Made by a program: the position numbers and the translations under genes. The notes below the pieces were generated by a model. The model was not told the DNA's origin, did no database searches, and worked only from the letters and a program-made list of their open reading frames with translations. Positions 19,053 through 30,393 of a stretch of DNA of 32,000 nucleotides are shown in pieces. How positions within the stretch are numbered: position 1 is the stretch's first letter; every line of letters begins with the position of its first letter. The stretch comes from Mycoplasmoides pneumoniae FH (GTDB lineage Bacteria > Bacillota_I > Bacilli_A > Mycoplasmatales > Mycoplasmoidaceae). The DNA is taken from positions 785,208 to 817,207 of the forward strand of contig NZ_CP010546.1 in NCBI RefSeq assembly GCF_001272835.1. Reading direction: 5' to 3'.

Positions 19053-19830
19053 CGCTTAAATGTGGTTTAAGGCTAAGATACAAACGAAACAACTGGGTCG
19101 GGGTTAACTCTTGGGCTCTAACCGTTGCCGCCAAGTCCTGTTGTTGTAAAACATTAGTTAACAAGGTGGGTGGGAGAAGCTGCTTGAGGTTATTGACTAA
19201 CAGCTTGCGGCGCTGGTGAAAACACTGTTTTAAGAACCGGCCAAAATGAGCTTCATAGGCTACTTGGGGTTTCTTTTTTAACAACATTAACACCGAATCC
19301 ACTTGGGGCTTGGGCTTAAAAGCAACCTTATCAATTTTAAAAACTGATTTAATTTGCAAATGGTATTGGCAAAACACACCAAAGGCACTATAGTTAGGCG
19401 AATTTACCGGTGCTACTAACCTTTGACCAAACTCCCACTGGCACACCAGCACAAATTGTTGTAGTTTGGAAGCCAAAAAGTTAGCAATCAAAGGGGAGCT
19501 AATACTGTAGGGAATGTTGCCACAAAGCAAAGGTATAGTGTCAGGAAAATACTGATCCAAGTTTTGTTTTAAGGCATCACCAATGGTTAGTTGTTCTTCA
19601 GTTAAGATTTCGTTGACCAAGAGGTATTCCGCTAAGCGTTTATCCAACTCTATGCCATGGTATGGTAGTTGTAACTTGAGTAAAGCCTTGGTTAACGCTC
19701 CCTTACCCGGCCCCACTTCAATTAAGGCCGTTGGGTTGAGACTCTTAATTAACCGACAGGTTTTGGCAATTACACTCTGGTCAACCGTAAAGTTTTGCCC
19801 TAATTTGCGTGAAGGATAAAAACTATTCAC
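19039..19830 (-). CDS. ksgA: 16S rRNA dimethyladenosine transferase, 263 aa
   Basis: [26 protein letters not shown] and [14 protein letters not shown] start. Confidence 0.95.
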
Positions 19831-20980
19831 GTTCTAACATTTGTTCTAATTTGGAATACGTTAACCGTCTTCTGGTACGCCTTTTAACAATAAAGAGGTG
19901 GGTTAGATAAGACTGGAGTAAGGTAAACAAGGCATTTAAGAACCAGTACACACCCACACCAGCGGCACTAAAAGCCGTAATAACAGCAAACACAAAGTAG
20001 AAAATTAACTGCATTCGCTTTGTTTTATTGAGCTGTTCAATGCTCTTTTGCGAATGCGCTTTAGCATTCTCATTGCGTTTGCTAGCCCAAATTTGGGGCA
20101 ACTTTTGCGAGATAAATTGCACTGGTAAAACAATGATTAAGAAGATAATAAAGGTTCACCCGGTACTGGTAAAGTTCGAGAAGATTTCCGTTAACGGTAC
20201 CTTAGATAAGTCCCAGAAGTTAAACAGGATAATCGCTTTAATTGGTCTTAAAGTCGTGACAATCCGGTAAATAATGAGGAAGATGGGTAAGGTAACAAAG
20301 ACCTGAACAAAGGAAGCAGAAGACTTAATGTTGTGCTTCTTGTACAAGGACATGATCTCCATCTGGCGGTTGCGTTTGCTCTGTAAGTCCAACGCCCCTT
20401 TGTACTTGGCATTAATTTCTGCTAATTTGCCCTGGACCTCGTTCATTTTTTCTAACGCCAGCGTGGAGTTGAGGGTAATCACTATGGTAATTAACCGTAC
20501 TAGGAACAACAACACAATCAAAGACAAGATCATGTTGAAGCCCAATTCCGGACCGCTACCTAGAGGAACCCTGGTAGCGTACATAATCGGCAACACTATT
20601 TGCGATGCTGGTCAGACAAACCAACCATAAAAGGGACCATACGCTAAGGTATAGTCACTAAAGGTAAAGTAGGGCCCCACATTATTGGACTGCAAGTCAT
20701 ACCGGTAGTCCCCCGTAGTACCAAAGTTATAACCAATTTCTAACCCCGAACCTAACAGTTGGTTGGTTCCCGTTCAGGGCTGTGCTAGGGTTTGGGTACA
20801 ACCCCATAAACCTACTATGGTTAAAAAGATAAAGATCGCTACTTTAAGGACTTTAAAGATAATGCCCCAGGCCTTTTTGAGATTTTTGAGGCCGTTCTTT
20901 TCGTTAACAACGGCCGCTGATCAAAAAGGGTTAAAGGTGGTTTTGAGCTCTTTATGCTTCTTATTTAGGTTTAGGGGCAT
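19823..20980 (-). CDS. yidC: Membrane protein insertase YidC/OxaA, 385 aa
   Basis: Pieces 19823..20122 and 20156..20596 plus upstream in-frame sequence ([74 protein letters not shown]...) across several TGA=Trp. Located next to rnpA/rpmH. Confidence 0.93.
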
Positions 20981-21317
20981 CGAGTTCTTGGAGCTTTTGG
21001 CAAAGGTTTAAAAAGATCGTTTGCTTTTCTTTAAATGTTAATTCAAGGAAGCCTTGATTAATAATAACCAAAACATCAACAGCGTTTAAATTGCAAAACT
21101 GTTCCCGCATGATCGCTTTAACTTGCCGTCGAATTAAGTTGCGCTCAACCGCTAACTTGTATTTGGTCTTTGATATCGAAACCGCTGCCCTTCAAGTGCG
21201 GACGCGGTTCGGCATAAAGTAGGCCATCAAAAAGGTCGAGAAGAAGCGTCTTTTACTCCTTAGAAGGGCAGCAAATACTTTACGATCACGGAGGTGGTGC
21301 TTGGTCTTAGCGCTCAC
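20961..21317 (-). CDS. rnpA: Ribonuclease P protein component, about 118 aa
   Basis: Hand translation [25 protein letters not shown]...[37 protein letters not shown]...[16 protein letters not shown]... has the Rnp[10 protein letters not shown] signature. Start codon less certain (GTG 21317). Confidence 0.88.
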
Positions 21318-21453
21318 TGGATACGGTGAGTTGGGCGCGTTGTTTTTTTCTTCTTAACTTCAATACTTTACGACCAGAAGCAGTGGCCATGCGAGCTAAA
21401 AAGCCATGGGTTTTTGCTCGCTTTAATTTACTTGGTTGATATGTACGTTTCAT
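21307..21453 (-). CDS. rpmH: Ribosomal protein L34 (bL34), 48 aa
   Basis: [48 protein letters not shown]. Confidence 0.98.
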
Positions 21454-21475
21454 GATACAGCGCTAAGTATTATAA

Positions 21476-22495
21476 CTAAGATAAAGGACGCACCAATTCG
21501 TTAGACACTATCTTACCATCGGAGATCTTAATGATCCTGTTAGCGATCCGCGTTAACGTTTCATCGTGGGTCACCATTAGAATAGTTTGCTTATATTCCT
21601 TATTGATTGCTTGTAATAAGGCAATAATGTTTTCGGCTGAATTACTGTCTAAAGCCCCCGTAGGTTCGTCACAGAGCAACAAGCGCGGTTCTTTAATAAT
21701 GGCACGGGCAATCGCCACCCGTTGCTTTTGACCCCCCGACATCTCGTACGGAAACTTGTACAAGATTTCCTTAATGTCGAGTTTAGCCGCTAACTCCTCG
21801 ATGTCTAAGTGGCGTTGTTCTTTAGGAATTAGGTTTTGCGAGATGGCAATGTTGTCATACGCACTTAAGAGTTCTATGAGGTTATAGCGTTGGTACACAT
21901 AACCCAGGTTTAACTTGCGGTAAGTTAAGAGCTGTTCGGTGGTACATTTTTCCAAGGGACAATTGGCCACCACACAGCTGCCCAAAGAAATTGAGTCATA
22001 ACCGCCTATTAGGTTTAAAAGGGTAGTTTTCCCCGAACCTGATGGACCTAAAATAATCACAATTTCCCCATAACCGATTTCTAGAGAAACATCGGATAAG
22101 ATAGCAATCTGTTCCTTGGAGTCCTCCCCGTGAACGTGCTTTCACATCTTGTCAATCGAGATCACCATCCCTTGTTTTTGCTCGACATAAGGAGTGCGGT
22201 AGGGGGCTTCCAGTTTTTCCTTTCACTGGGAGATCAACCCACCCTGCTTTTTCGGTTTTTTGGGTTTAGGTGCCTTGGTGGTCTTCGTGGGTTTAACTTG
22301 TTCCGGTTTAACTGCTTTCGCCTTCGGTTCCTTAACTTTTTTCACCTTAGCGGGTTTGGCCTTCTTTGTTTTCTTGTCTGATGCTAAATAATACTCAAAG
22401 GTGGCCTTAAAGCTGTTGGCCTTAACGTTTTCTAATATATCAACACACTCGTCCCAGACAAGTTCTTTCTCGGTTTTCTTTTCTGTATCTTTCAT
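21476..22495 (-). CDS. ABC transporter ATP-binding protein with Lys/Pro-rich N-terminal extension (LolD/MacB type), 339 aa
   Basis: Pieces 22223..22495 and 21476..22060 are in frame. [31 protein letters not shown] and LLCDEPTGALD; extension KKTKKAKPAKVKKVKEPKAKAVKPEQVKPTKTTKAPKPKKPKKQ. Confidence 0.93.
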
Positions 22496-22496
22496 C

Positions 22497-25400
22497 CTAG
22501 AAGCCCTCCTTTAGTTCCGCTGAACGCAGTTTAATTCAGAAGTAAGAACCTATTACAAAGATGGTAGCACCAAACAGGACTATCCCCACCATGTAAGGTA
22601 AGAATTCAAACACGTTGGTTAAAAAGACCTGGGCAACCCCAAAGACTAGGGCTTGTACTCCTACTAGTAACCCAGCTAAGATAGCAATCGAGATTAATAA
22701 CGAAAGTACAAAAGCGGGAATAAAGAAGCACAAGAGACTAACTAAGTTTTGACTATCTTTGTAACCAATCGATTTTAAGGAAATAAAGATCCGTTTCATT
22801 TCCTCTAACATCGAGATCCCCAAGACCACACAGGTAATAAAGATAAAGGGAATAATGGTGCCCAACAAGAACCCATCAACTTGGTTCACGGTATTAAACA
22901 ACACCTCAGCATTATTCCTGATAATTTGAGCACTAGCACCAGCGGCATCTAATTTGAGAGCTGGCACCATGATGTTATCGCCAAAGATACCTCTAGCACC
23001 ACTAGCTAATGATTGAGTTGAAGATCATTCGCTCGTATATTTTTCGATAACCTTTTTTCTGAGGTTTTCATAGGTCATGCTATCCACACCATTCTCACCC
23101 TTTTCCTTAGCCAACTGCTTTAAGATATCCGGATCACTTGGTAAGATTGAGGTAATAATCTTGTTTTCCTTACCCTTAACGAGGTTAGTAAAGTTATTAC
23201 CAAAATCCGTAAAGTTACCCCAGACACCAATGTTGGAGTTAAGTACTAGCGCTTTACTTACCAAAGAAGGGTTGAGTTCCTTGGAGAAGACCCCGTTAAA
23301 GGGAACATAACCAGTTGGCTTGACGTACTCAATCTTGTACTTGTCTTTGGTGGTAGAAGAGGTACTTCCACCCCCACAAGAGCCACCGCCAGACGAAGTA
23401 CCACCGCTATCATCGGTGGATTGGCCGTCCTTCACCACATCCTTAATGACCCCGCGGCCATCAAAGCCATTGAGCTTTAACAAGCGGTTGGCAATGTTTT
23501 GGTTAATATACAACTCTTGGCCAAAGGCATCGGTAGATACCCCGACAACCCGGAACTTCACGGTTGGTGTTTTAGGTGGGCTCTTTAAGAACTTCTCTGA
23601 ATAGCGGGTCGCAGTGTTCTTGGGTTGAATAAAGATGAAGTCCCCGATCTTGGTGTTATTAGCGTACTGAAAGCCAGCGTTGACAATGACATTCATCTCA
23701 CTGTCAGAGCTAATTAAGCTCCTCAAGGAGTTACCACCGCTGTCAGTGAGGTTGACAAACTTGGAATCGGGACTAATTCCCGTTAAGGTGTAAGGGGAAT
23801 CAGGATTCAACTCGGTTTCCTTAAAACCAAATGGTCCTTGAACATAGGTGTATGTCTCCTCTATTTGTGGATCAACCGGGACAATCCCGTACGTTAACTT
23901 CGAGTCTTGGTAGGACAACTCCGGATCACCATAGACCTTAGTAAGGAATTTAAGGAATTGTTCGTTAAATTTAACTCCACCAGGATTGAAGACGTTAATC
24001 TGGGTTAATACCCTAGCGGCATCCAACTGAATAAAGTTAGTCCGAGGGTTGCGGGTTAAGAAACCATTATTGTTGAGGTTATTAAAGTAGTCATCAGTAA
24101 GAACCGCAATTAAAAACTGGTCACTGGAAGCCGATAACAATTGGGTAATTTGTTTAGGAATGGACTTCTCGACAATTTCCCACGGGTTAATGTTGGCACC
24201 ACCAACGCGAATTGGGAAGTCAATGAGCCACTTCGACAACGAAGCATGACGGAAGAAGTTTTCGTCAGTGTTTAATTGTTGGGCACCACCAAAACTTGGG
24301 AGAAGGAGGTTACCGAGTTCGATTTCCTTACCATTATGCTTGATTGGGTTTCCGCCCCTATCACTAATCTTTAACTCTTTGAGGTTGTATGGGTGTTCTT
24401 TGTCGTTGCCTTGCTGTTGTTGCTGCTGTTGCTGTTGCTGAATTTGATCACCCTTATCTTTATACAAGGCCTTAATCCCCAAACTATCATCAGTTTGACC
24501 AAACCGGGAGTAGGGTTGGATTGCATACCAGCCGGATTGTTCTGTGGGGGTTTGCAAGTTCAACCTATAGTTAAAGTTGCGGTTTAAAACGGTGTTGGAC
24601 TGCGCTGCCCCAAACTTTTGCGGGATGGTACCGGCAATCCCAATTAAAAGCAGGGCAATCGAACTTAACCCCACATAGGTAAATAACCGCGATAACCGGG
24701 AAATAATCAAGGACACCCGGAATTTACCCAAGGGAGTCATGGTGTAACTCTTGCGCTTTAATAAGTGCAAGAAGACCGAGAACTTGGTTTCATTACCCTG
24801 GTCAATCAGGACATTAACCGGTTTACTAAAGAGCTGTTTAAAGGCTATTCAGCTAATAAACTGGAAGATCACAAAGATCAACAGCATTGATCCAAAGAAG
24901 GAAATCCAGTTAAAGCTGTTGGCCGGTAGGGCTATAAACCAATACCTGGAGATAATCCCCTTAACTTGTCTTTCTAAAAGGAAGGCAAATAAGACCCCAA
25001 AGAAGGATGAGGCCAAGGCTACTATGCCGGCAAACACACTCATGCCGGCAATAAACTTGGCTGTGGAGAACCCACCAGCGCGGATAATTGAGAACTCCGT
25101 TTGGTTCTTCTTAATAAAAGACTTAATTAAGAGAATGGTGAGGTATAAGGCCAAGATGGATAAGAAGGCCGCAATGACCACACTGGCAATGGCTAAATAG
25201 TTCTGCACTAAGTCCGGGAAATAGTTCCGGGCTGTAGTTAAGTACTGGAACTTGGAGATGTCCTTAACGTTAAAGGCGAGATCACTGTCAGGGACGTTGA
25301 GATAGCCCTTTAACTTAGAGGCCACCACCTGGATCGGATCTTGGCCAGGGAACTTCGCTTTAATGTCATCCGACTTAAAGGCGTAGTAGTTCTCCTCACT

Positions 25401-28145
25401 AGCAGCAGGCACAGCAAACAAGACACTGCGGTATCCCTGCTCATTGAGAAAGATTAAGCCTTCATCCTGGGAGTTGGGCAGCGGTGAGTTTGTGGACAAT
25501 ACCGGATAACCGGTTTCTACCGACTCCCCAACCCCTAGAATGGCAAAGGTTAACCCGTTAATTGAGAACTTGTATTTGTCCGGTAAGTCATTTAACCAGT
25601 TGGGTAAATTCTTCGGGTTTTCTAACGCTTCTTTTCAGGAGTATTCCCCTTCTAAAGGTAATACTTCCTTGTCGTGTTTAAATAACCATTGCTGGGATAC
25701 CACCGCACCGTGGGCTTCCGGGGTTTGGACTACCAAGGACTGTTGGTCGGTGGGTAGTGTTAACGGGTTAACCCCGTTTTTAAAGATAATCGGGATATCT
25801 AACTTTTGGCGGTTAGTTACTACCAGTTCATTCGGATCTTGAAACTCCGGGGTAAAGTAACTCAATAAAGCAACATAGTTGTTAGCGGCTTTACTCTTAC
25901 CTGTATCATCTAAAGCCTCAAAGCCTTTTTTATCTAATGTAGACCACTGCTTAATGGCATTGGTTAAGGTATCAGGAATACTGGAAGCCTCGGGGAGTTG
26001 GGCTTGGGCTAAGATGTTAGCTAGTTTGGGGTAGATTTGGAATTTGGTAGAAGTACTCTTAGTATCACCAGTTGAAGAGGAGCTGGAGGAAGAAGATGCA
26101 TCTGCTAACTGGGTTAAAGAGTCCGTTGTGCCTTGCGTAGTTTTGGCTGCTGCTTTTTTCTTTTCATCTGTTTGAGTAGGCTTAAACTCATACTCAACCT
26201 TTTCCAAGAAGCCTTCACTGTTACTCTTGCCCCCATATACCATGTCTAAAGGATTGCTTTTTTCCTTGGCAAGCCAAGACTTAAAGTCAATCCCTTCAAT
26301 AATAGAAAGGTCGTTGTACTTCTGGGAATCCTTATTGGAGACCAAGAAGGAAGCGGATTCTTCGGAGCTAACATTGGTAGCAATCGCTAAGTTTTGCCGG
26401 GAAAACTCCAATTCCTTTAAGGCTTTCGCCTTTAAGAAGGCATCGCGGTATTTTTCTAATAACGCGGTGACCTTCTTCACCAGGTCTTCCTGGAAGATGC
26501 TTTTTCATTGGTGTAAAAGGGCAGCATAAACGTTATTTAAATTCTTTTGCGGAGTGTGGTTTTCGGTGCCAATTTTGTCGAATTCAGTTTGGACATCACT
26601 AAAAGTTGGATCTTTTACACCGTCATCTGCACTACTTTCCTGCTTATCTTGTTGTTGCTGAGCCAACGCAACGTTCGTTTGTTGTAATTGCGGCTTGAAA
26701 GAAACAGAAGAGCGAAGTGCAATCAAGCTAGAGGGATTGCTCTGAGTGCCAGACTTAGCATCGCCTGATTGTGTACTAAAAATCGTATTCTTATCACTAT
26801 TACTAAACCCCGGTAAAGAATCTAAGATCGTTTCCTTTTCGGCTTTAACCTTATTTTTGAGCCAGTCCTTATTGATGTTAAGCTCAAACGATTTGAGGCT
26901 ATTAATCTTCTTCTTGAGGTTATAGTCACCAAAGGAAGAACCGCTAGAAATAGTTTCTGCTTGCTTTTCTAATCAGTCAAATTCTTCCTTATCTAAATGA
27001 GATAACTTACTTGTATCTAAAGTAAAAGTTAAGGAGAAAGATTGTTTTTCTTTTTCCTCTTTTTCTTTTTGGAAGACCTCTATTATTTCTTTAAAGGGAT
27101 TAGTCTCTAACCAAAACTGGGAACCCGGACTAATCGGGAGCACAATAGGTACATTAGCGTACAGATTGGGAAACCAGTTAGCAGCTTCTTGCCCTCCGGT
27201 AAATAGATAAGAGGTACTTAGTTTACTGGTTTCGCTTTCTCCACTGCTACTACCAGCTTGAGTTTCATCACTTTTAAACCAAACTTTGTCTTTATTATTG
27301 GTAGTGTATTGTTCTTCTACATTACTATCTTTTTTGGGCTCCTCGTTATTTGTGGTTTCTTTAGCATCAGTCATCTTGGCCTGAGCTGCTAACGGTTGTA
27401 AAACTGTTGTGGCACTACTCGCTTGCTTGATTTCTGATTCTTTTTTAGTAGTTTTCTTATCCTCACCCTTCCCTTTATCACCAGGAAAGCGAGCAATCCC
27501 AGCGCGCAGGGGAATCCCATCCAGAATTAAACCATCGACAAAGTAACCTAAAAGGTTACCTTCTTTGTCATAAATCAGGTTTTGGGGATCGGAAACCGTA
27601 TTTTGGTTTAAGTTATTACTTTCTTGATCGGTTCCAGTAAAAGAATAGGTATTTTGAAAGGAAACAGCTAAACCCTTATAGATCCGTTTTTCGGCAATGT
27701 TGGCTTCCCCGTAAGCTTTCAAAATGCCTCTTTTACGAGCTAAAAAGAGTTTGTCTTTATCGTTAACATCACCTTTTCGTGGGTTATTATCTGATGATTT
27801 GGTGGTTGAATCTTTCTTTTCAGAATCACTCCCAAAATCAGATTCTTGGTAGGGCCAGATAAAGTTAATCTTCTTTTCGGTTAACTTGATTTTGGAAAAA
27901 TGTCTTTTTTCTTCTTTAAGTTCCGTTTTATACACCGGACTACTTTCTTTAAAGATAGCCGGTGCTACTATGTCAGAAGAATTCGTTTTTTGAACAAGGG
28001 CAGTATAAGTATTAACAAGGTTATTACTTAACTGAAGAATCGACGTTTCCAGGAAGATAATGCTGAAAAGGACGAAAATAATCCCAAAAAGTAAAAAGAA
28101 GAACTTTTTGAGTGACTTAAAGATCTGTTTAAAAAACGAAAACAT
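22497..28145 (-). CDS. Giant FtsX/MacB-type ABC permease, 1882 aa
   Basis: Six track ORFs (26973..28145, 26505..26726, 25635..26480, 24849..25499, 23025..24770, 22536..22970) share one frame and are separated only by TGA=Trp. TAG stop at 22497. N-terminal TM helix, long extracytoplasmic domains, central and C-terminal TM clusters; flanked by two ABC ATPases. Confidence 0.93.
24411..24446 (-). repeat. CAA/CAG trinucleotide tract encoding a poly-Gln run within the giant permease
   Basis: TTGCTGTTGTTGCTGCTGTTGCTGTTGCTG on the plus strand; protein DQIQ(n)GNDKEHP with n about 10-11. Confidence 0.85.
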
Positions 28146-28150
28146 TTAGT

Positions 28151-29005
28151 TTAAACTCAGTTAATTTCGTTAATAGTCTTGGGTCTTTGGTTAAGATAAT
28201 CAGCCACAATCTTGCCATCGTGGATCTTAATGACCCGTTTAGCTAGCTCCACAATCTTTTCATTGTGGGTAACTAATACTATAGTAGTGCCCTTATCGCG
28301 GTTATACTCCACAAAGAACTGGAGGATCTTTTTGGAAATATCCACGTTAACAGCACCAGTTGGCTCATCACCAAATAAAATACGCGGCTCTTTGATTAGT
28401 GCCCGCGCAATTGCTACCCGTTGTTGTTGTCCCCCAGAGAGCTTGGTAATCTTTTTATTACGGTGCTCTTTGAGCTCCAACCGCTCTAACAGCTCTTCCA
28501 AATTGTTGTTATGGCGCTTTTTAAAGGGAACTGCCAGTTTAATGTTGTCATCAACGTTCAGATCCCTTAAAAGGCCATACTGTTGGAATATATAACCTAC
28601 GTTTTTATTCCGTAGTGATGTTAATTGGGCATCATTACAACAAATAGTACTCCTACCACACACAAAACTCACCCCGCTAGTAGGTCGGTCTAGGGCGGAG
28701 ATTAAAGAGAGTAAACTAGTCTTACCAGAACCAGATTTACCCAAAATAACCACAAACTCCCCAGGGGCAATTTTGAGATCAATGTGATCACAGATTAACT
28801 GGTTTGTGATCCCATTGGTCACTGCCTTACAAACGCCCTTGAACAAAACATCGTAATGTTTAGCCTCAGGGTCTTTGTAGTGCCGTCTTTTAGGGTGCTT
28901 CTTATTTAACTTAACGATTAGCTTTGACGCTTTTTTACTTTGACAAAAATCGGGTCATTGCAAACAATAATCGAGGCTTCGTTTATTTTTAGCATTTAAA
29001 GACAT
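28151..29005 (-). CDS. ABC transporter ATP-binding protein (LolD/MacB type), 284 aa
   Basis: Track ORF 28157..28846 extends upstream through TGA=Trp to ATG 29005 ([58 protein letters not shown]...) and downstream to TAA 28151. [48 protein letters not shown]. Confidence 0.93.
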
Positions 29006-29073
29006 TGAAACATGTCAGGTTTAACAACGGGACAGGCCAGTTTCAATTAAACACTTAAAGAATTATAAAAGGA

Positions 29074-30393
29074 CTAAATTACCAAGGAAGTGATAATGTC
29101 TTGGAGGGAGTCGTCCTTCTCAATCATTTTAGCAACCCTTTTAACTGCAGCCACCACTGTAGAGTGGTTCCTTTTAAAAATTTTGCCTATTTGTTGGAAC
29201 TGCATCTTGTACTTTTCCCTTAAAAGATAGTTACAAACGTCACGAACACGAACTAACTCTGCTTTACGGTTCTCAGACAAAACACTGTCCACCGGTACAT
29301 TAAAGCGGCGGCAAACGTTTTCTATTAATAAATAAGGATCAAAGCTCTTTTTGTGGAACTTCTCAAATTCCTCAAACAGGATTTCCTTTAGATTGTCGTT
29401 GTTAATCAGGTTTTGCTTAGTTGTTTTGACATAAAACAGCAACTTAGTCGCAATCCCGTTTAAAGAACGAACATCGTTACCAGATATTTGCGCTGCCTTT
29501 TCGCGTGCTTCATTGGTAATTTGGATGTTGGGATCCTTTTCTTTGAGCTTAACGGCCAAAATTTCACACAGGGAGCTCAAATTGTGTTTTTCAATCTTTA
29601 ACAAGAGTCCCGATTTAAAGCGTGATACCATCCGTGGATCGATGTTGGCCAACTCATCGGGGGTTTTATCGGACACAAACACAATTTGCTTGCCCTTACT
29701 TACTAAGTTATTAAAGATGGAAAAGAGGATCTCTAAGGTTTTTTCCTTTTTCCCGAAGATCTGAGTATCGTCAATTAAGAGTAAATCCAATGACTCGTAA
29801 GCAGCCTTGAGCTTTTCAATGCCTTGATCCTTGTCCTTTTGGTAAAAGGCATTGACAACCTCCTGGGCAAAGTCACTCGATACCACATACTTTACCTTAG
29901 CGTTGGGAAAGTGGAAGAACTTATCATTCCCAATCGCTTGGAGTAAGTGGGTTTTACCCAGACCAGTCTCCCCATAGATAAATAAGGGGGAGAAATCAGC
30001 GTCCTGAGTTTCGCTAATCCGTACACCCGCTTCATAAACCCGGCGGTTGCCATCACCAACCACAAAGTTTTTAAAGGTAAAGTTTTTGCTTAGCCCCGAA
30101 CTTTGGTAAAGCGTTTCGCGGTTATCTTCCTCTAGTTTGGCTAAATTGATAAAGAAGTCCTGTTCGTTGACAAACCGAACTGCTCTAATGTCATCGTACA
30201 GTTTGCTAGCTAACCCGACAATATCAGGGTTGCTATTGAGGGTTTCACGGGCAAACTCATTGTCCACAATCACAAAAAGGACATTATTTTTTAAAGCAAA
30301 CCGTTTAAGATTCTTAATGTACTTGTCATAAAAACCTAAAGTAGTTTCGTATTGCTTTTTTAAAAGAAGTTTAAAAGCACTAAATTGTTCCAT
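29074..30393 (-). CDS. dnaA: Chromosomal replication initiator DnaA, 439 aa
   Basis: FIYGETGLGKTHLLQAIGN, LLIDDTQIF, and C-terminal DnaA-box binding signature GKIFKRNHSTVVAAVKRV. Confidence 0.98.
   Translation of the reverse strand: MEQFSAFKLLLKKQYETTLGFYDKYIKNLKRFALKNNVLFVIVDNEFARETLNSNPDIVGLASKLYDDIRAVRFVNEQDFFINLAKLEEDNRETLYQSSGLSKNFTFKNFVVGDGNRRVYEAGVRISETQDADFSPLFIYGETGLGKTHLLQAIGNDKFFHFPNAKVKYVVSSDFAQEVVNAFYQKDKDQGIEKLKAAYESLDLLLIDDTQIFGKKEKTLEILFSIFNNLVSKGKQIVFVSDKTPDELANIDPRMVSRFKSGLLLKIEKHNLSSLCEILAVKLKEKDPNIQITNEAREKAAQISGNDVRSLNGIATKLLFYVKTTKQNLINNDNLKEILFEEFEKFHKKSFDPYLLIENVCRRFNVPVDSVLSENRKAELVRVRDVCNYLLREKYKMQFQQIGKIFKRNHSTVVAAVKRVAKMIEKDDSLQDIITSLVI

Noticed and set aside
24393-24587. 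Plus-strand ORF with a poly-Leu run (LLLLLLLLLL)
   Set aside because: Complement of the poly-Gln CAG/CAA tract; not an independent membrane protein.
22536-28145. Six separate ORFs or a decaying pseudogene
   Set aside because: All share one frame and the breaks are explained by TGA=Trp, so this is a single intact gene.
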